A DNA stretch of 64,000 nucleotides from Candidatus Eiseniibacteriota bacterium (GCA_963823555.1 CAWGMA010000001.1:1376001-1440000); one strand, 5' to 3'. Counted from the stretch's first letter, positions 1 to 10,849 are shown. The notes: a model not told the origin generated them from the sequence alone. Program-made: numbers and translations.

Positions 1-1337
1 CCCGGGTTGGGGGCCAGTTCGAAGCGAACCGTTTCCTGGCCGTCCTCGCCGATCACGCCAAGCATATCGGCCGCGGCCGCCAGGATCCTCTCTGGTGGCA
101 CTCGCGACTGGGGCCGTTGTCTGGCCTCCACGGTGGCGCGGAAGGCGCCGTGAGGAAAGCCAAGCGCTGCGAGTTCCTGGCCGACCGCGGTGCCCAGGCG
201 TTTGGCGGCGACGGCACGAGCGGCGCTGAGGCGATCGGCGGCGGTTCCGAGCGCGGCGGCGGCTTCCGCCAGATCCCGCGCCAGGATCTCGAGATCGGCG
301 TCATCGGTGCCGGCGAGCTCGCGCTCGGCAGCACGGGCGGCGACCAGGGCCGCCTCGAGACTGCCATGCCGGCGGGCCAGCGATTCGAGTCGCACGAGGC
401 GGTCTTCGATCGCCGCCAGGCGTTCGGCCGGATCGCGCTCGAACTCGGCGAGTCGGTCCTCGGCGGTGCGGACAATGTCCTCGATCAGGATGCGTGCTTC
501 GCGGATCTGCTCATGCATGGGGGCCAGCGCCGGATCCAGGACCTCGAGATGGCGGAAGAGTCCCTCGCTCACGCCGATTCGCTCGAGCGCTGCTCCGTCC
601 TCATCTGAGAGCAGGCGACCCGCCTGGCGCAGAGATTCCACGATCTTGTCGGCATGGCGAAGTCGTTCGCGCTCGGCTCGGAGTTCGGCGATCTCGTCCG
701 GTGCGGGAGCGACACGGGCCACTTCGGCTACCAGCTCACGTTGCTCGGCGGCATGCTGCTCGCGCTCGTCGCGGGCCGCGGTGGCGCGAGCGAGGGCTTC
801 GTGTGCTTCTCGGAGCCGCGCCCGGGCCGCGCGGAGGGCGGTGAGCTCAGGATCGAGACCCGCCGCCGCATCGAGGAGCGAAGCATGCCGGCTCTCGTCG
901 AGAAGGAGCTGGTGCTCGTGCTGCCCGTGGAGATCGATGAGCTGCTCGCCGAGCCGGCGCAGGGTGGCGAGGGTCACGACCTGATCGTTGACCAGGGCTC
1001 GACTCCGACCATCACGCCCCACCTGGCGACGGAGAACGAGCTCATCGCCGATCGCAACCGGGTCCGGCGCGCCCTCCGGGATCAGGCCCAGTTCCCCCAG
1101 CAGGGGCGCCACCGAGCGGAGAGCGGACTCGTCGAAGACGGCCTCGATCACGGCCGCCTCGGCGCCGTGACGGACGAGATCCGCGTTCGTACGACCGCCG
1201 CGGAGTGCCGCGAGCGCCGCGACGAGGAGCGACTTCCCGGCCCCGGTCTCCCCGGTGAGGATACACAAGCCCGGACCGAACTCGACCGTGGCCCCCGCGA
1301 CCAGCGCGAGGTCACGGACGCTCAGACGTCTGAGCAT
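1..1337 (-). CDS. recN: DNA repair protein RecN (3' end runs off the window)
   Basis: Manual translation from ATG at 1337: MLRRLSVRDLALVAGATVEFGPGLCILTGETGAGKS (Walker A), coiled coil, then ETVRFELAPNPG at the window edge; follows nadK. Confidence 0.95.
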   Translation of the reverse strand, partial: MLRRLSVRDLALVAGATVEFGPGLCILTGETGAGKSLLVAALAALRGGRTNADLVRHGAEAAVIEAVFDESALRSVAPLLGELGLIPEGAPDPVAIGDELVLRRQVGRDGRSRALVNDQVVTLATLRRLGEQLIDLHGQHEHQLLLDESRHASLLDAAAGLDPELTALRAARARLREAHEALARATAARDEREQHAAEQRELVAEVARVAPAPDEIAELRAERERLRHADKIVESLRQAGRLLSDEDGAALERIGVSEGLFRHLEVLDPALAPMHEQIREARILIEDIVRTAEDRLAEFERDPAERLAAIEDRLVRLESLARRHGSLEAALVAARAAERELAGTDDADLEILARDLAEAAAALGTAADRLSAARAVAAKRLGTAVGQELAALGFPHGAFRATVEARQRPQSRVPPERILAAAADMLGVIGEDGQETVRFELAPNP

Positions 1338-2274
1338 GGCCGATCTTGAGCCCGCCCCAGTTGAGCTTGGTGCGCACGACCGAGTAGAAGGAACGACCTC
1401 GCGGCAACACCAGGCGCGTCACCGCCGTCGCCTTCTTGAATGTGACGCGATCGCCGGCCTCGACCGTCGAACCGATCGAGCCATCCACCGCGAGATGGGC
1501 GTGGATTCCCTTGGGCCCGAAGGTGAGTTGCAGGACCTCCTGATCGGAGAAGAGAAACGGTCGCACGGCGAGTGAGTGCGGGCAGATCGGCGTGGCGAGC
1601 AGCGCGGGGATCAGCGGGCGCACGATCGGACCGCCGGCCGACAGGGAATAGGCGGTGGATCCGGTGGGAGTGGAAACCACGATGCCGTCGGCGCGGAACT
1701 CCCCTACCCGCTCGTGATCGATCGTGAGAGCGAGATCCAGGAGCCTCGATGTGGATCCGGCATGGACGACGGCGTCGTTGAGCCCGACACCGGCCACCCG
1801 CGGCGCTCCTCCGGCACCCGGGATGACCGAAGCCTCGATCATGATCCGGTCCTCGACCTCGAATTGCCCGGCCAGGACGCCTTCGAGGATGAGCGACAGG
1901 TCACGATCGCGAACCTCGGTCAAGAACCCGAGTCCGCCGAGGTTGACACCGAGCAGAGGGATATTGGTCCCGGCGGTGAGACGGGCTGCTGTCAGGAGGG
2001 TGCCATCGCCGCCGAGGACGATGAGGAGGTCGGCGGCACGGCCCAGATCGGCGTCCGGGACGACATGGAAGGCACCATCGAGGAACGGGCGCAGCTGGGC
2101 GGTTCCCACGATCTCTCGCCCGCACGAACGGAGGTGTCGGGCGAGAAGTCCGATGGTTTCTGTGGCGCGGGGCTTGTCGAGGTTGGCGTAGATGGCGACG
2201 CGATTGAGCGCACCACGGGTCGAATGGGTTGCCGCGGTTCGCTCGGGGGCGGCTTCGCGCTCCGCGCTAGACAT
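1312..2274 (-). CDS. nadK: NAD+ kinase
   Basis: GGDGT, LGVNLGGLGFL, ND and TPTGSTAYSLSAGGP motifs. Start placed at MSSAERE, overlapping the dxs stop. Confidence 0.95.
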   Translation of the reverse strand: MSSAEREAAPERTAATHSTRGALNRVAIYANLDKPRATETIGLLARHLRSCGREIVGTAQLRPFLDGAFHVVPDADLGRAADLLIVLGGDGTLLTAARLTAGTNIPLLGVNLGGLGFLTEVRDRDLSLILEGVLAGQFEVEDRIMIEASVIPGAGGAPRVAGVGLNDAVVHAGSTSRLLDLALTIDHERVGEFRADGIVVSTPTGSTAYSLSAGGPIVRPLIPALLATPICPHSLAVRPFLFSDQEVLQLTFGPKGIHAHLAVDGSIGSTVEAGDRVTFKKATAVTRLVLPRGRSFYSVVRTKLNWGGLKIGHAQTSERP

Positions 2275-4381
2275 GGCTCGTAGCGCGAAGCCAGCTCTGC
2301 ACGCGCTCGGCGACCTGATCGGTAGTGAGCCCCGCGTCAGCGAGGCACTCGGCGCGGCTACCATGCTGGATGAAGCGATCAGGGATGCCGAATCGGCGGA
2401 CACGCGCCGAGACTCCGCGTTCCTCGAGAAGCTCGAGGATGGCCGAGCCGAAGCCGCCGGCAAGCTGACCCTCCTCGATCGTGACCAGGAAGCCGAGGCG
2501 CGCCGCGAGCCCGAGCACGAGCTCCTCGTCGAGAGGCTTGGCGAAGCGGGCATTGACCACGGTGGCGTTGATCCCTTGACGCTCGAGCGCCTCGGCCGCG
2601 CCCATGGCCACGGCGGTCATGGTGCCGTAAGCGATGAAGGCGAGATCCGCTCCCTCGCGGAGGACCTCCGCCTTGCCCCAGGCGATCGGCGTCCACTCCT
2701 CATCGAAGCCGATTCCGGTGCCGTTGTCCCGCGGATAGCGGATCGCCACCGGGCCGTCTTCATGGCCGAGAGCGGTGTACAGCATGCGCCGGAGCTCGCG
2801 CTCGCACTTGGGGGCCATGAGGGTCATGTTGGGCACGGTGCGCAGGTAGGCGATATCGAACGTGCCGTGGTGGGTCGGACCGTCTTGCCCGACCAATCCG
2901 CCGCGGTCGATGGCCAGGATGACCGGAAGCTTCTGCAGGGCGATGTCGTGAACGACCTGATCGTAGGCCCGCTGCAGGAAGGTGGAGTAGATGGCGGCGA
3001 TGGGACGCTTGCCGTCGGCGGCCAGGCCCGCGGCCATCTCGAGGGCGCACTGCTCAGCAATGCCGACATCGAGGAAACGATCGGGAAACGCATGGGCGAA
3101 TTCCACGAGGCCCGTGCCGCTCGGCATGGCCGCGGTGAGTGCGATCACGCGCGGGTCGAGACGTGCCAGGTCGATGGCGGTGCGCCCGAAGGCCTGGGTG
3201 AAGGTCATGGCCGTTGACTTGATCTTGACCTCGGCTCCTGTTGCCGGATCGATCTTTCCCACGCCGTGCATGCGCTCGATGTGCTTCTCGGCGTACTCGA
3301 CCCCCTTCCCCTTCTGGGTCAATGTGTGCAAGAGGATGGGGCCCTTGACCTGAGTCAGGTGGCGCAGCGTATGAATGAGGAGCGGTAGGTCGTGCCCATC
3401 GATCGGGCCGTAGTAGCGGAATCCGAGCTCCTCGAACAGGATGTTGGGGATGACGAGGTTCTTGAGACCTTCCTTGATGCGGTGGGCGAGGATCTGGGCC
3501 ACTCCGCCTGCTGGAAGCTTTCCCAGAAGCTCCCAGACATCGGCCTCGAAGCGGCGATAGACCGGGGCCGAGGCGACCCGCGTCAGATACTTGGAGAGCG
3601 CACCGACATTGGGCGAGATCGACATCTCGTTGTCGTTGAGAATGACGAGCATGTCGTGGCGGAGGGCGCCCGCTTGATTCAGCGCCTCGTAGGCCAGTCC
3701 CCCGGTGAGAGCGCCGTCTCCCACCACGGCGACGACCCGGTTCGAGCGGCCGGACAGATCGCGAGCCACGGCCATGCCGAGCGCGGCCCCGATCGAGGTC
3801 GACGCGTGGGCCGTGCCGAAGGCGTCATGAGGGCTCTCGCTGCGCACCGGAAAGCCCGAGATCCCGCCGCGAGTACGCAGCGTGTGAAAGCGGTCGCGGC
3901 GTCCGGTCAGGAGCTTGTGCGGATAGCACTGGTGCCCGACATCCCAGACGATCTTGTCGGTCGGGGTGTCGAAGACGTAATGGAGGGCGATCGCCAGCTC
4001 GACCGATCCGAGGCCGGCACCCAGGTGCCCGCCGGTCTGCGACACCGTGCGCACGAGCTCCTCACGGATTTCCTGGGCCAGGAGCGTCAGATCGCTCTCT
4101 GCCAGGCGCTTCAAGTCCGCGGGCGAATCGATGCGGTCGAGGATGCGTCCCGGTTCAGCGGTCCTGGCTCCATCGTCGGTGGGTGGGATCGGGTTCGGGG
4201 CCGGCGGAGCGGCGGATTCGGCCGCGGCGCGAGCGGACGATCGCCGGCCACTCCGGGCACGGGGGGAACTCGGACTGGCCGCCCGGCCCCTCCGCCCGGC
4301 AGGCGATGAGGGCTCGATATCGGCATCAAGCGGGGGCACTTTCATTCGGGCGCCGCGCGATGCGGGCGACTTGCTGCTCAT
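2267..4381 (-). CDS. dxs: 1-deoxy-D-xylulose-5-phosphate synthase (start uncertain; low-complexity N-terminal extension)
   Basis: [42 protein letters not shown] and DGPTHHG motifs. Confidence 0.97.
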   Translation of the reverse strand: MSSKSPASRGARMKVPPLDADIEPSSPAGRRGRAASPSSPRARSGRRSSARAAAESAAPPAPNPIPPTDDGARTAEPGRILDRIDSPADLKRLAESDLTLLAQEIREELVRTVSQTGGHLGAGLGSVELAIALHYVFDTPTDKIVWDVGHQCYPHKLLTGRRDRFHTLRTRGGISGFPVRSESPHDAFGTAHASTSIGAALGMAVARDLSGRSNRVVAVVGDGALTGGLAYEALNQAGALRHDMLVILNDNEMSISPNVGALSKYLTRVASAPVYRRFEADVWELLGKLPAGGVAQILAHRIKEGLKNLVIPNILFEELGFRYYGPIDGHDLPLLIHTLRHLTQVKGPILLHTLTQKGKGVEYAEKHIERMHGVGKIDPATGAEVKIKSTAMTFTQAFGRTAIDLARLDPRVIALTAAMPSGTGLVEFAHAFPDRFLDVGIAEQCALEMAAGLAADGKRPIAAIYSTFLQRAYDQVVHDIALQKLPVILAIDRGGLVGQDGPTHHGTFDIAYLRTVPNMTLMAPKCERELRRMLYTALGHEDGPVAIRYPRDNGTGIGFDEEWTPIAWGKAEVLREGADLAFIAYGTMTAVAMGAAEALERQGINATVVNARFAKPLDEELVLGLAARLGFLVTIEEGQLAGGFGSAILELLEERGVSARVRRFGIPDRFIQHGSRAECLADAGLTTDQVAERVQSWLRATSHV

Positions 4382-4594
4382 CGTGGCACTGGGATCCTTG
4401 CCGATTCGCCGGGACCAGAGGCCATGTGCGAGGCTCACCTGGCCGAGGACTGGTCTGGATGCACGCCGGCCGGAGGTGGCGAACGATCCCCACCCGGGGG
4501 CGGCGCGGGCTCAAGCCTCCTCCTCCCCACGTTCCCGCCCGGAGAGTACCCCAACCGGGGATGGGATGCGACTCATAGATGGGGCCCCTGAGGG

Positions 4595-5485
4595 CTAGCT
4601 CGCGCGGAGAGCGACGTAATCGGCCAGATCGGCGGCCAGAGCGCCGACGTCGCCCCCGAACCCATGCGCGGCGGCGGCCGCCTCCTGATGCGCCTGACCC
4701 AGGGCCGAGCGAGCCTGCTTGGCGCCCAGGACCCCCGGATACGTGTCGGGAGCCCGGGAGCCGTCGGTAGCCAGGTCGAGGAGGTCGTCGGCGATCTGGA
4801 AAGCCAGGCCGAGGTGCTCGGCGTAGCGCTGAAGGCGGACGAGGAGCGGCCGGCTGGCCCCGGCAGCCAGCCCACCCGAGAGGATGGCCGCCTCGAAAAG
4901 TCTCCCGGTCTTCATGCGATGGACGCGCTCGAGCGCGGCTGGAGACGGCGTGTTGCGGGAGGCTCCCAGCACCAGGTCGCGCTCCAGGGCTTGCCCGCCG
5001 ATCATGCCGCCCGCGCCGGTGGCCGCAGCCAGGATCCGGGAGATGGCCGTGGCTGCTCCCCGCGGCCATCTCGGTAGCGGTCGCGACAGCACGTGAAAGG
5101 CGAGCGCAAGGAGCGCATCTCCCGCCAAGAGGGCCGTGGCCTCATCGAAGGCGCAATGCAGGCTCGGCTGTCCCCGGCGCTCTGCGCTGTCGTCCATGCA
5201 GGGGAGATCGTCATGGACGAGGGAGAACGAGTGAACGAGCTCGACGGCGCACGCAGCCGGGAGCGCCCCGCGACCGCGTCCGCCGGCGGCGGAAAATCCG
5301 AGTTCCGTGAGCGCCGGGCGCAGGCGCTTACCTCCCGGAAGCACGGCGTAGCGCATGGCCGCGTGCAGGCGGTGGGGTTCCTCGTCAGCGCCCGGGAGGA
5401 GGCGATCGAGCGCCTGATCCACGGCGCGAGAGGTACGCACGAGGAAGCGTTCGAGGCGCTTCGAGGGTACCGTCTCAGCGTTCAT
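4595..5485 (-). CDS. ispA: Polyprenyl (geranyl/farnesyl) diphosphate synthase
   Basis: GGKRLRP, SLVHDDLPCMDD and FQIADDLLD motifs; xseB-ispA-dxs order. Confidence 0.93.
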   Translation of the reverse strand: MNAETVPSKRLERFLVRTSRAVDQALDRLLPGADEEPHRLHAAMRYAVLPGGKRLRPALTELGFSAAGGRGRGALPAACAVELVHSFSLVHDDLPCMDDSAERRGQPSLHCAFDEATALLAGDALLALAFHVLSRPLPRWPRGAATAISRILAAATGAGGMIGGQALERDLVLGASRNTPSPAALERVHRMKTGRLFEAAILSGGLAAGASRPLLVRLQRYAEHLGLAFQIADDLLDLATDGSRAPDTYPGVLGAKQARSALGQAHQEAAAAAHGFGGDVGALAADLADYVALRAS

Positions 5486-5780
5486 TCGGGGTTTCCAGCG
5501 CCGAGTTGCCGGGAATCTCGAAATCCTCCTCCAAGATGCGACTGGCCTCTGCGGTGAGCTTCTTGACCTGACTTTCGGCGCGCTTGAGCTCGTGGGCGCA
5601 GCGACGCACGAGCTCCATGCCCTCTTCGAAGCTGCGAATCGACTGATCGAGACCGAGCTCGCCTTCCTCCAGATCCGTGACGATCTGCTCGAGCCGCTCC
5701 ATGGCCGCCTCGAAATCGAGGGCCGATGCCTCGGGCCCGGGCGCGGCCTTTCTCGTCGGTCCTTGCTTCCGTTCAGTCAT
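5475..5780 (-). CDS. xseB: Exodeoxyribonuclease VII small subunit
   Basis: FEAAMERLEQIVTDLEEGELGLDQSIRSFEEGMEL signature. Confidence 0.95.
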   Translation of the reverse strand: MTERKQGPTRKAAPGPEASALDFEAAMERLEQIVTDLEEGELGLDQSIRSFEEGMELVRRCAHELKRAESQVKKLTAEASRILEEDFEIPGNSALETPNER

Positions 5781-7210
5781 TCCTTCTCCTCCGGGATGGA
5801 AGCAGACGATCCCGCTCCCGGGAGGGGTTCCCCGGGAACGATAGCGCAGATCTCCGCGGCCGCGCGGCCGTCGTGGAAATTGAGCTCGACGCGGTCCCCG
5901 GCCGCGAGGCTCCTGGTGCCGGTGACGGTCTCCCCATCGGGCCGCCGGACGAGAACGTACCCGCGGCGGAGCACCTGTCCGGGACCGAGTGCGTCGAGCC
6001 GTCCAGCCAGGCCCTCGACCCGCGCCTTCCGTTCGGGGGCGAGGGTGCGGGCGGTGCCGGCCAGGCGGACCAGCACGAGCTCGAGCCGTGCCTTTGCCGT
6101 CCGCTTCTTCTGGCCGAGTCCCACCGGCAAGCGGCGAGCCAGGGCGGCAAGCTGGGTTCCATGGCGCTCATGAAGGTGAGCGAGGCTCATCGCCATGGCC
6201 TCGCATAGCTCGTCGACGCGTTGCTGGCCTGCTTTGAGCATGAGAGAGGGCTGGCGTAACGCGTAGCTCGATCGCACTGCGGCGAGTCGCGCACGTTCCG
6301 CCAAGAGGCGCGAGGTCATTTCCCGGGTGAGCCGGCGGTCGATCCGGGCGAGCTTCGCCAGGAGGTCTCTCGTATCCGGCACCGCCAGCTCCACGGCGTG
6401 CGACGGTGTCGCCGCCCGTTCATCGGCGGCCAGGTCAGCGAGGGTCAAGTCCGATTCGTGCCCGACCGCGCTGACCACGGGGATCCTGGAAGCGGCGATG
6501 GCCCGCACGACAGGCTCCTCGTTGAAAGCCCAGAGATCCTCCAGGGAGCCGCCACCGCGGCCGACCAGCAGAACCTCGGCCGCTCCGTATCGGTTCTGGC
6601 GCTCGATGGCGCGGGCGATCGAGGATGCCGCACCCTCCCCCTGCACCTGGGCCGGGGCCAGGAGGATGCGAGTCCCGGGAGCACGGAGCCGGATCAGGCG
6701 CACGAAGTCGCGGACCGCCGCACCGCTGGGTGACGTGACGAGACCGACGGTGCGGACATAGGCCGGCAGTGGTCTCTTGCGTTCGCTGGCGAACAATCCC
6801 TCGCGGTCGAGCATGGCGCGGAGCTGCTCGCGCCGTGCGATCAGGTCTCCGGTGCCGGCCAGCACCATGGTCTCGACCTGGAGCTGGAGCCGTCCCTGCT
6901 TGGGGTAGACCGTGACGAGGCCACTGGCCTCGACGCGCATACCGTCGGCGGGCTTGAAGCGAACGTGGCGAGCGTGATCATTGAACATCACGCAGCCGAG
7001 CGCGGCATCACCGTCGCGGAGGGTGAAATAGCGGTGCCCGGAAGCGTGGGAGACGAAGTTGGTGATCTCGCCGGTGACGAGGATGGACCGCGGGAAGGAG
7101 ACGTCGAGGGTGCGGCGGATCGCCTGCACGATCTCGCGCACCGTGTAGGGGCGGCCGCCGGGGGCGAGCTCTGGAGCGCTGAAGACCATGGAGGTTTGGA
7201 TCTCCGGCAC
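5777..7210 (-). CDS. xseA: Exodeoxyribonuclease VII large subunit
   Basis: SGHRYFTLRD OB fold; GRGGGSLEDLWAFNEE, SAVGHESD and ATPS motifs. Confidence 0.96.
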   Translation of the reverse strand: MPEIQTSMVFSAPELAPGGRPYTVREIVQAIRRTLDVSFPRSILVTGEITNFVSHASGHRYFTLRDGDAALGCVMFNDHARHVRFKPADGMRVEASGLVTVYPKQGRLQLQVETMVLAGTGDLIARREQLRAMLDREGLFASERKRPLPAYVRTVGLVTSPSGAAVRDFVRLIRLRAPGTRILLAPAQVQGEGAASSIARAIERQNRYGAAEVLLVGRGGGSLEDLWAFNEEPVVRAIAASRIPVVSAVGHESDLTLADLAADERAATPSHAVELAVPDTRDLLAKLARIDRRLTREMTSRLLAERARLAAVRSSYALRQPSLMLKAGQQRVDELCEAMAMSLAHLHERHGTQLAALARRLPVGLGQKKRTAKARLELVLVRLAGTARTLAPERKARVEGLAGRLDALGPGQVLRRGYVLVRRPDGETVTGTRSLAAGDRVELNFHDGRAAAEICAIVPGEPLPGAGSSASIPEEKE

Positions 7211-7218
7211 GGCTCCGG

Positions 7219-8142
7219 CTAGCGGCTGCCGGGCGCGCGGGTCGCCACGGCCGCCCCCTTGGCCTCGAAACGCGCCATGGCCGCGCCGACCGTGTTATGG
7301 ACGAGGGCTGCGATCGTCATCGGACCTACCCCGCCCGGCACCGGAGTGATGGCGCCGGCGATCGCGCTCACCGCGGGGAAGTCGACATCACCTACCAGGC
7401 GCGTGGCCCCGGGCTTGGTGGAATCTGGGACCCGATTGATCCCGACGTCGATGACCGTGGCCCCGGGCCGGACCATGTTCCTCGTGACGAGGCCCGCCTG
7501 GCCGCTGGCGGCCACCAGGATGTCCGCGCTCTGCGCCACGGACTCGAGGTTCCTGGTCCGCGAATGACACAACGTGACGGTGGCATCGCCGAGTGGCCCC
7601 CGCGTCGAGAGGAGGATCGACAGCGGCCGGCCGACGATGGCCGAGCGGCCGATGATCACGGCATGGCGTCCGGCCACCGCGATCTCGTAGCGCTTGAGGA
7701 GCTCGAGAATGCCGCGCGGCGTGGCCGGGACGAATCGCGGACGGCCGAGGGCCAGAAGGCCCTGGTTCCAGGGGTGCAGGCAGTCCACGTCCTTCTCCGG
7801 CGGTACGCGCTCCTGCGCTTGCTCGGCGTCGAGCCCCTCCGGGAGGGGCAGCTGGACGAGGATGCCATCGACTTCGGGATCGGTGCCCAGCCGCTCGAGA
7901 GTGTCGTTCAGGTGGGCTTGCATCGTCTCGGCCGGAAGATGCACGACCTGAGAGCGGATCCCCGCCTCCGCCGCTGCACGGTCCTTGTTGCGTACGTAGA
8001 TCGCCGAAGCCGCGTTCTCCCCCACCCAGACGACCGCGAGTCCGGGCACGATGCCGGACCGGGAATGGAGCGCTTCGGTCTGCTTCCTGATCTCCGCCCG
8101 CCAGTGCGCGGCGGTCGCCTTGCCATCGAGGATGATCGGCAT
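7219..8142 (-). CDS. folD: Methylenetetrahydrofolate dehydrogenase/cyclohydrolase
   Basis: MPIILDGK start; YVRNK, GILVQLPLP, KDVD, GRSAIVGRP and TPVPGGVGPMT motifs. Confidence 0.96.
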   Translation of the reverse strand: MPIILDGKATAAHWRAEIRKQTEALHSRSGIVPGLAVVWVGENAASAIYVRNKDRAAAEAGIRSQVVHLPAETMQAHLNDTLERLGTDPEVDGILVQLPLPEGLDAEQAQERVPPEKDVDCLHPWNQGLLALGRPRFVPATPRGILELLKRYEIAVAGRHAVIIGRSAIVGRPLSILLSTRGPLGDATVTLCHSRTRNLESVAQSADILVAASGQAGLVTRNMVRPGATVIDVGINRVPDSTKPGATRLVGDVDFPAVSAIAGAITPVPGGVGPMTIAALVHNTVGAAMARFEAKGAAVATRAPGSR

Positions 8143-8146
8143 CGAT

Positions 8147-8956
8147 CTACCTTTCAGTCGGCTCCTGTTCCCGCAGGTCCGAGGCGAGGTGGACCCGATG
8201 GATGGCCCGGGCCCGTCCCGTGTTCTCGTTGACATCGACGATGGCAGCGGAGAGGCGTGCATCGCCGCTCGCCGTCGTCAGCCGGCGCGGCGTCTGCTCG
8301 AGGAAGCGTCCGATGGCAATCTCCTTCACGACGCCGATCACCGAGTCGTAGGGCCCGGTCATGCCGACATCGGTCAGGTAGGCGGTGCCCTGGCTCAGGA
8401 TGCGCTCATCGGCCGTCTGAATATGCGTGTGCGTGCCGAGGACGGCGCTGACTCTTCCATCGAGGTAGTAGCCCATGGCCACCTTTTCCGAGGTCGCCTC
8501 GGCGTGCACGTCGACGATGATGATCGGAGTCTCGGCCCGCATCCGGGGCAGGAGCTCGTCGGCGCAGCGGAATGGGCAGTCGGTCAGGGGCATGAAGACG
8601 CGGCCCATGAGCGAGAGCACGCCGACCCGGAGACCGGCCTCGGTGGTGAAGATCCCGAACCGGGCCCCTGGCACGCCGGACGGATAGTTGGCCGGGCGGA
8701 GGATGCGCGGCTCGTGCCCGATGAAGTCGAGGAGTTCCCGCTTGTCCCACAGATGATTGCCCCCGGTGAGGGCATGAATGCCGAGGTCGAACAGGTCATT
8801 GGCCACCGCCCGCGTCAGTCCGAATCCTCCGGCGGCGTTCTCGGCATTGGCGATGACGAAGTCGATGCGCTCCTCGGAGCGCAGGCGATCAAGGTGGGTC
8901 GTGAGTGCCTGTCGCCCCGGGGCGCCCACCACATCGCCGATGAAGAGGATCTTCAT
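8147..8956 (-). CDS. ymdB: YmdB-family (TIGR00282) metallophosphoesterase
   Basis: MKILFIGDVVG, NAENAAGGFG, GNHLWD, DVHAEATSEK, GTHTH and TDVGMTG motifs. Confidence 0.93.
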   Translation of the reverse strand: MKILFIGDVVGAPGRQALTTHLDRLRSEERIDFVIANAENAAGGFGLTRAVANDLFDLGIHALTGGNHLWDKRELLDFIGHEPRILRPANYPSGVPGARFGIFTTEAGLRVGVLSLMGRVFMPLTDCPFRCADELLPRMRAETPIIIVDVHAEATSEKVAMGYYLDGRVSAVLGTHTHIQTADERILSQGTAYLTDVGMTGPYDSVIGVVKEIAIGRFLEQTPRRLTTASGDARLSAAIVDVNENTGRARAIHRVHLASDLREQEPTER

Positions 8957-8999
8957 CCGTTCGACCCCCGGCCCTGGCGTGCGGCGCCCTCGGATCCTG

Positions 9000-9040
9000 A
9001 AAGAAGCTCCGGCCGGCCGCGATCGTTCGCGACCGGCCGG
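9000..9040 (-). terminator. Putative terminator hairpin downstream of 6S RNA
   Basis: Long GC stem at ~9009-9040 followed on the minus strand by CTTCTTTC; a second hairpin lies at ~9051-9080. Confidence 0.5.
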
Positions 9041-9087
9041 GACACTGCGTCCGGAGCCGATCCCGAGGGATCGGCCCCGGAGAGGCA

Positions 9088-9271
9088 TTCCCCACCATTG
9101 TGCCGTTCGACCTGAGTGTTTTGAACCTGGATGACTCCAGGTGGGTACCCGCGGTGGGCACTTCGCGACCCCACCTGACTGGAGGTGGGTACCACTCCAT
9201 ACCCGAATACGGGTTCCCGTGTACGTAGTGTTGGCTCAAAACACCGTGATCGTGACGAACACGGCAGGGAA
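9088..9271 (-). ncRNA. ssrS: 6S RNA
   Basis: About 184 nt directly downstream of zapA. Begins TTCCCTGCCGTGTTCG and ends GGTTCAAAACAC...CGAACGGCAC...GGGGAA, with complementary ends and the typical TTGAGCC/GGTTCAA pairing. Confidence 0.9.
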
Positions 9272-9334
9272 TTCGTCGAGCTGACCTCCTTCGCCGCGCG
9301 GCCGCGCGGCGTCGAGAGCCGCCGTTTGGCTCGT

Positions 9335-9643
9335 TCAGGCGCCAACCGGCTCGGCGTCGATAGCTGCCGCCATCAGGAGCTCCAGCTCCCGGACTCGATC
9401 AGCCACGACCGAGCTGGCGTTGTCGGTTCGCTCAAGTTCGCGATGGAGCTCGTCAGCCATGTTCAAGAGCGCGAGCACGGCAACCCGCAGCGGCGAAGTC
9501 ATGCGGTGCCGTTCGGCCACTTCCCGCATCCGCCTGTCGACATCGGTGGCAACCCGACGGGCGTAGTCGAGATTTTCAGGACTCTTGATGCGGTACTCGC
9601 TGCCGAAGATGATCACCGTCGTCAAGGTCGAATCCCCGTCCAC
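9335..9643 (-). CDS. zapA: Cell division protein ZapA
   Basis: TVIIFGSEYRI...VDRRMRE...AVLALLNMADEL; lies upstream of 6S RNA. Confidence 0.92.
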   Translation of the reverse strand: MDGDSTLTTVIIFGSEYRIKSPENLDYARRVATDVDRRMREVAERHRMTSPLRVAVLALLNMADELHRELERTDNASSVVADRVRELELLMAAAIDAEPVGA

Positions 9644-9698
9644 GGCGGTGCTCCTTTCGCGCTCAACTCCAAGCTGACATTGGCCGCGGGCTTACCGC

Positions 9699-9971
9699 TC
9701 ACGGCATTCCACCCTCGAGCCACTGGAACTTGCCCAGTATCGTGCGCAGGCGATCGGCGATGGCCTCGCGCTCCGCCGTCAGTCGCCGCCAGTCCGCCTC
9801 CATGGTGACCGCAGCCTGGCTCGACTCGGCCGCCAGACTACCCTCGGCCTGGATCTGGCGCCTGAGCGCCGCATTCTCACGCCGGAGCTCGTCGATGACC
9901 TGACTGGCGCGCAGCACCTGTCGTTCGAGATCATCGAGCGCCCTGAGGGCGCGCTCGTTTGCGTGCTCCAT
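9699..9971 (-). CDS. zapB: ZapB-like coiled-coil protein
   Basis: 90-aa coiled coil (LDDLERQV...LRREN...ERE...RLRTIL) immediately upstream of zapA. Confidence 0.7.
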   Translation of the reverse strand: MEHANERALRALDDLERQVLRASQVIDELRRENAALRRQIQAEGSLAAESSQAAVTMEADWRRLTAEREAIADRLRTILGKFQWLEGGMP

Positions 9972-10028
9972 CAGCTCACCTCACGAGCAGGAAGACCCGC
10001 GTGAGCATCCTCACGCCTGTGCGAAGTC

Positions 10029-10058
10029 AGATTAGCAAAGGCCAAAGTGCAGTGTCAA
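10029..10058 (-). promoter_or_regulatory. Sigma70-type promoter for zapB-zapA
   Basis: Minus strand TTGACA-N18-TAATCT with extended -10 TGn. Confidence 0.7.
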
Positions 10059-10060
10059 AT

Positions 10061-10092
10061 GAACGAGCCCGGCATGACTGCCGGGCTCGTTC
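10061..10092 (-). terminator. Terminator hairpin after rplT
   Basis: Perfect 14-bp inverted repeat GAACGAGCCCGGCA-N4-TGCCGGGCTCGTTC followed by ATTT. Confidence 0.75.
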
Positions 10093-10128
10093 CTGTTCCC
10101 GCTCTGGATTCGAAATCAGTGGATTGTT

Positions 10129-10485
10129 CTAGGCCTGCGCTCCGCGCGCGGCCTCGGCGACGCGGGCAAACGCCCCGGCATCGCGGACCGCGAGGTCCGC
10201 GAGCATCTTGCGATCGATCGTGATCTGTGCGCGCTTGAGCCCGGCCATGAGTGTCGAATAGGTCAGGCCGTTGAGGCGGGCGGCGGCGTTGATGCGTGCG
10301 ATCCAGAGCCGGCGCATTTCCCGCTTGCGCGCCCTGCGATCACGATAGGCATAGCGGCCGGCGCGGAGTACGGCCTCGACGGCGCTCTGATACAGGCGCG
10401 AGCGGCCACCGACGTAGCCGCGCGACTTGCGCAAGATCTTCCGGCGCCGGGCATGCCCGGGAACTGTGGCTTTTGCTCTCGGCAT
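10129..10485 (-). CDS. rplT: 50S ribosomal protein L20
   Basis: [19 protein letters not shown] and [10 protein letters not shown] motifs. Confidence 0.98.
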   Translation of the reverse strand: MPRAKATVPGHARRRKILRKSRGYVGGRSRLYQSAVEAVLRAGRYAYRDRRARKREMRRLWIARINAAARLNGLTYSTLMAGLKRAQITIDRKMLADLAVRDAGAFARVAEAARGAQA

Positions 10486-10527
10486 CTTGGAGCTACCTCG
10501 CTAACGTCGTGGACCGGACGGTGCGCC

Positions 10528-10725
10528 TTACCCGCGGCCGAGGAGGCGCAGGGCGCGCTTCTCCTCGCTCTGAGGCAAGATCACGTTCTGGCGGAGCCTC
10601 CGCTTGCGCTTGCGGCTCTTCATGTCGAGAAGATGGCCAGCGTAGGGCCGACCACGCTTGATGTGGCCGCTGCCGGTCACCCGATAGCGCTTGGAGGCCG
10701 ATCGATTGGACTTGATCTTGGGCAT
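10528..10725 (-). CDS. rpmI: 50S ribosomal protein L35
   Basis: MPKIKSNRSASKRYRVTGSG...KRKRRLR; lies between infC and rplT. Confidence 0.97.
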   Translation of the reverse strand: MPKIKSNRSASKRYRVTGSGHIKRGRPYAGHLLDMKSRKRKRRLRQNVILPQSEEKRALRLLGRG

Positions 10726-10849
10726 GATTCCCTCTGACGGACCGGGATCGGCCGGCCCCGCCGCGCGCTAGCCGCCCCACCCGGGGCCAGGCAACCCTGG
10801 GCGCGTAGCCAAACGAAGACGGAGAGGATAGCCGATCCGGTCTAACCGC

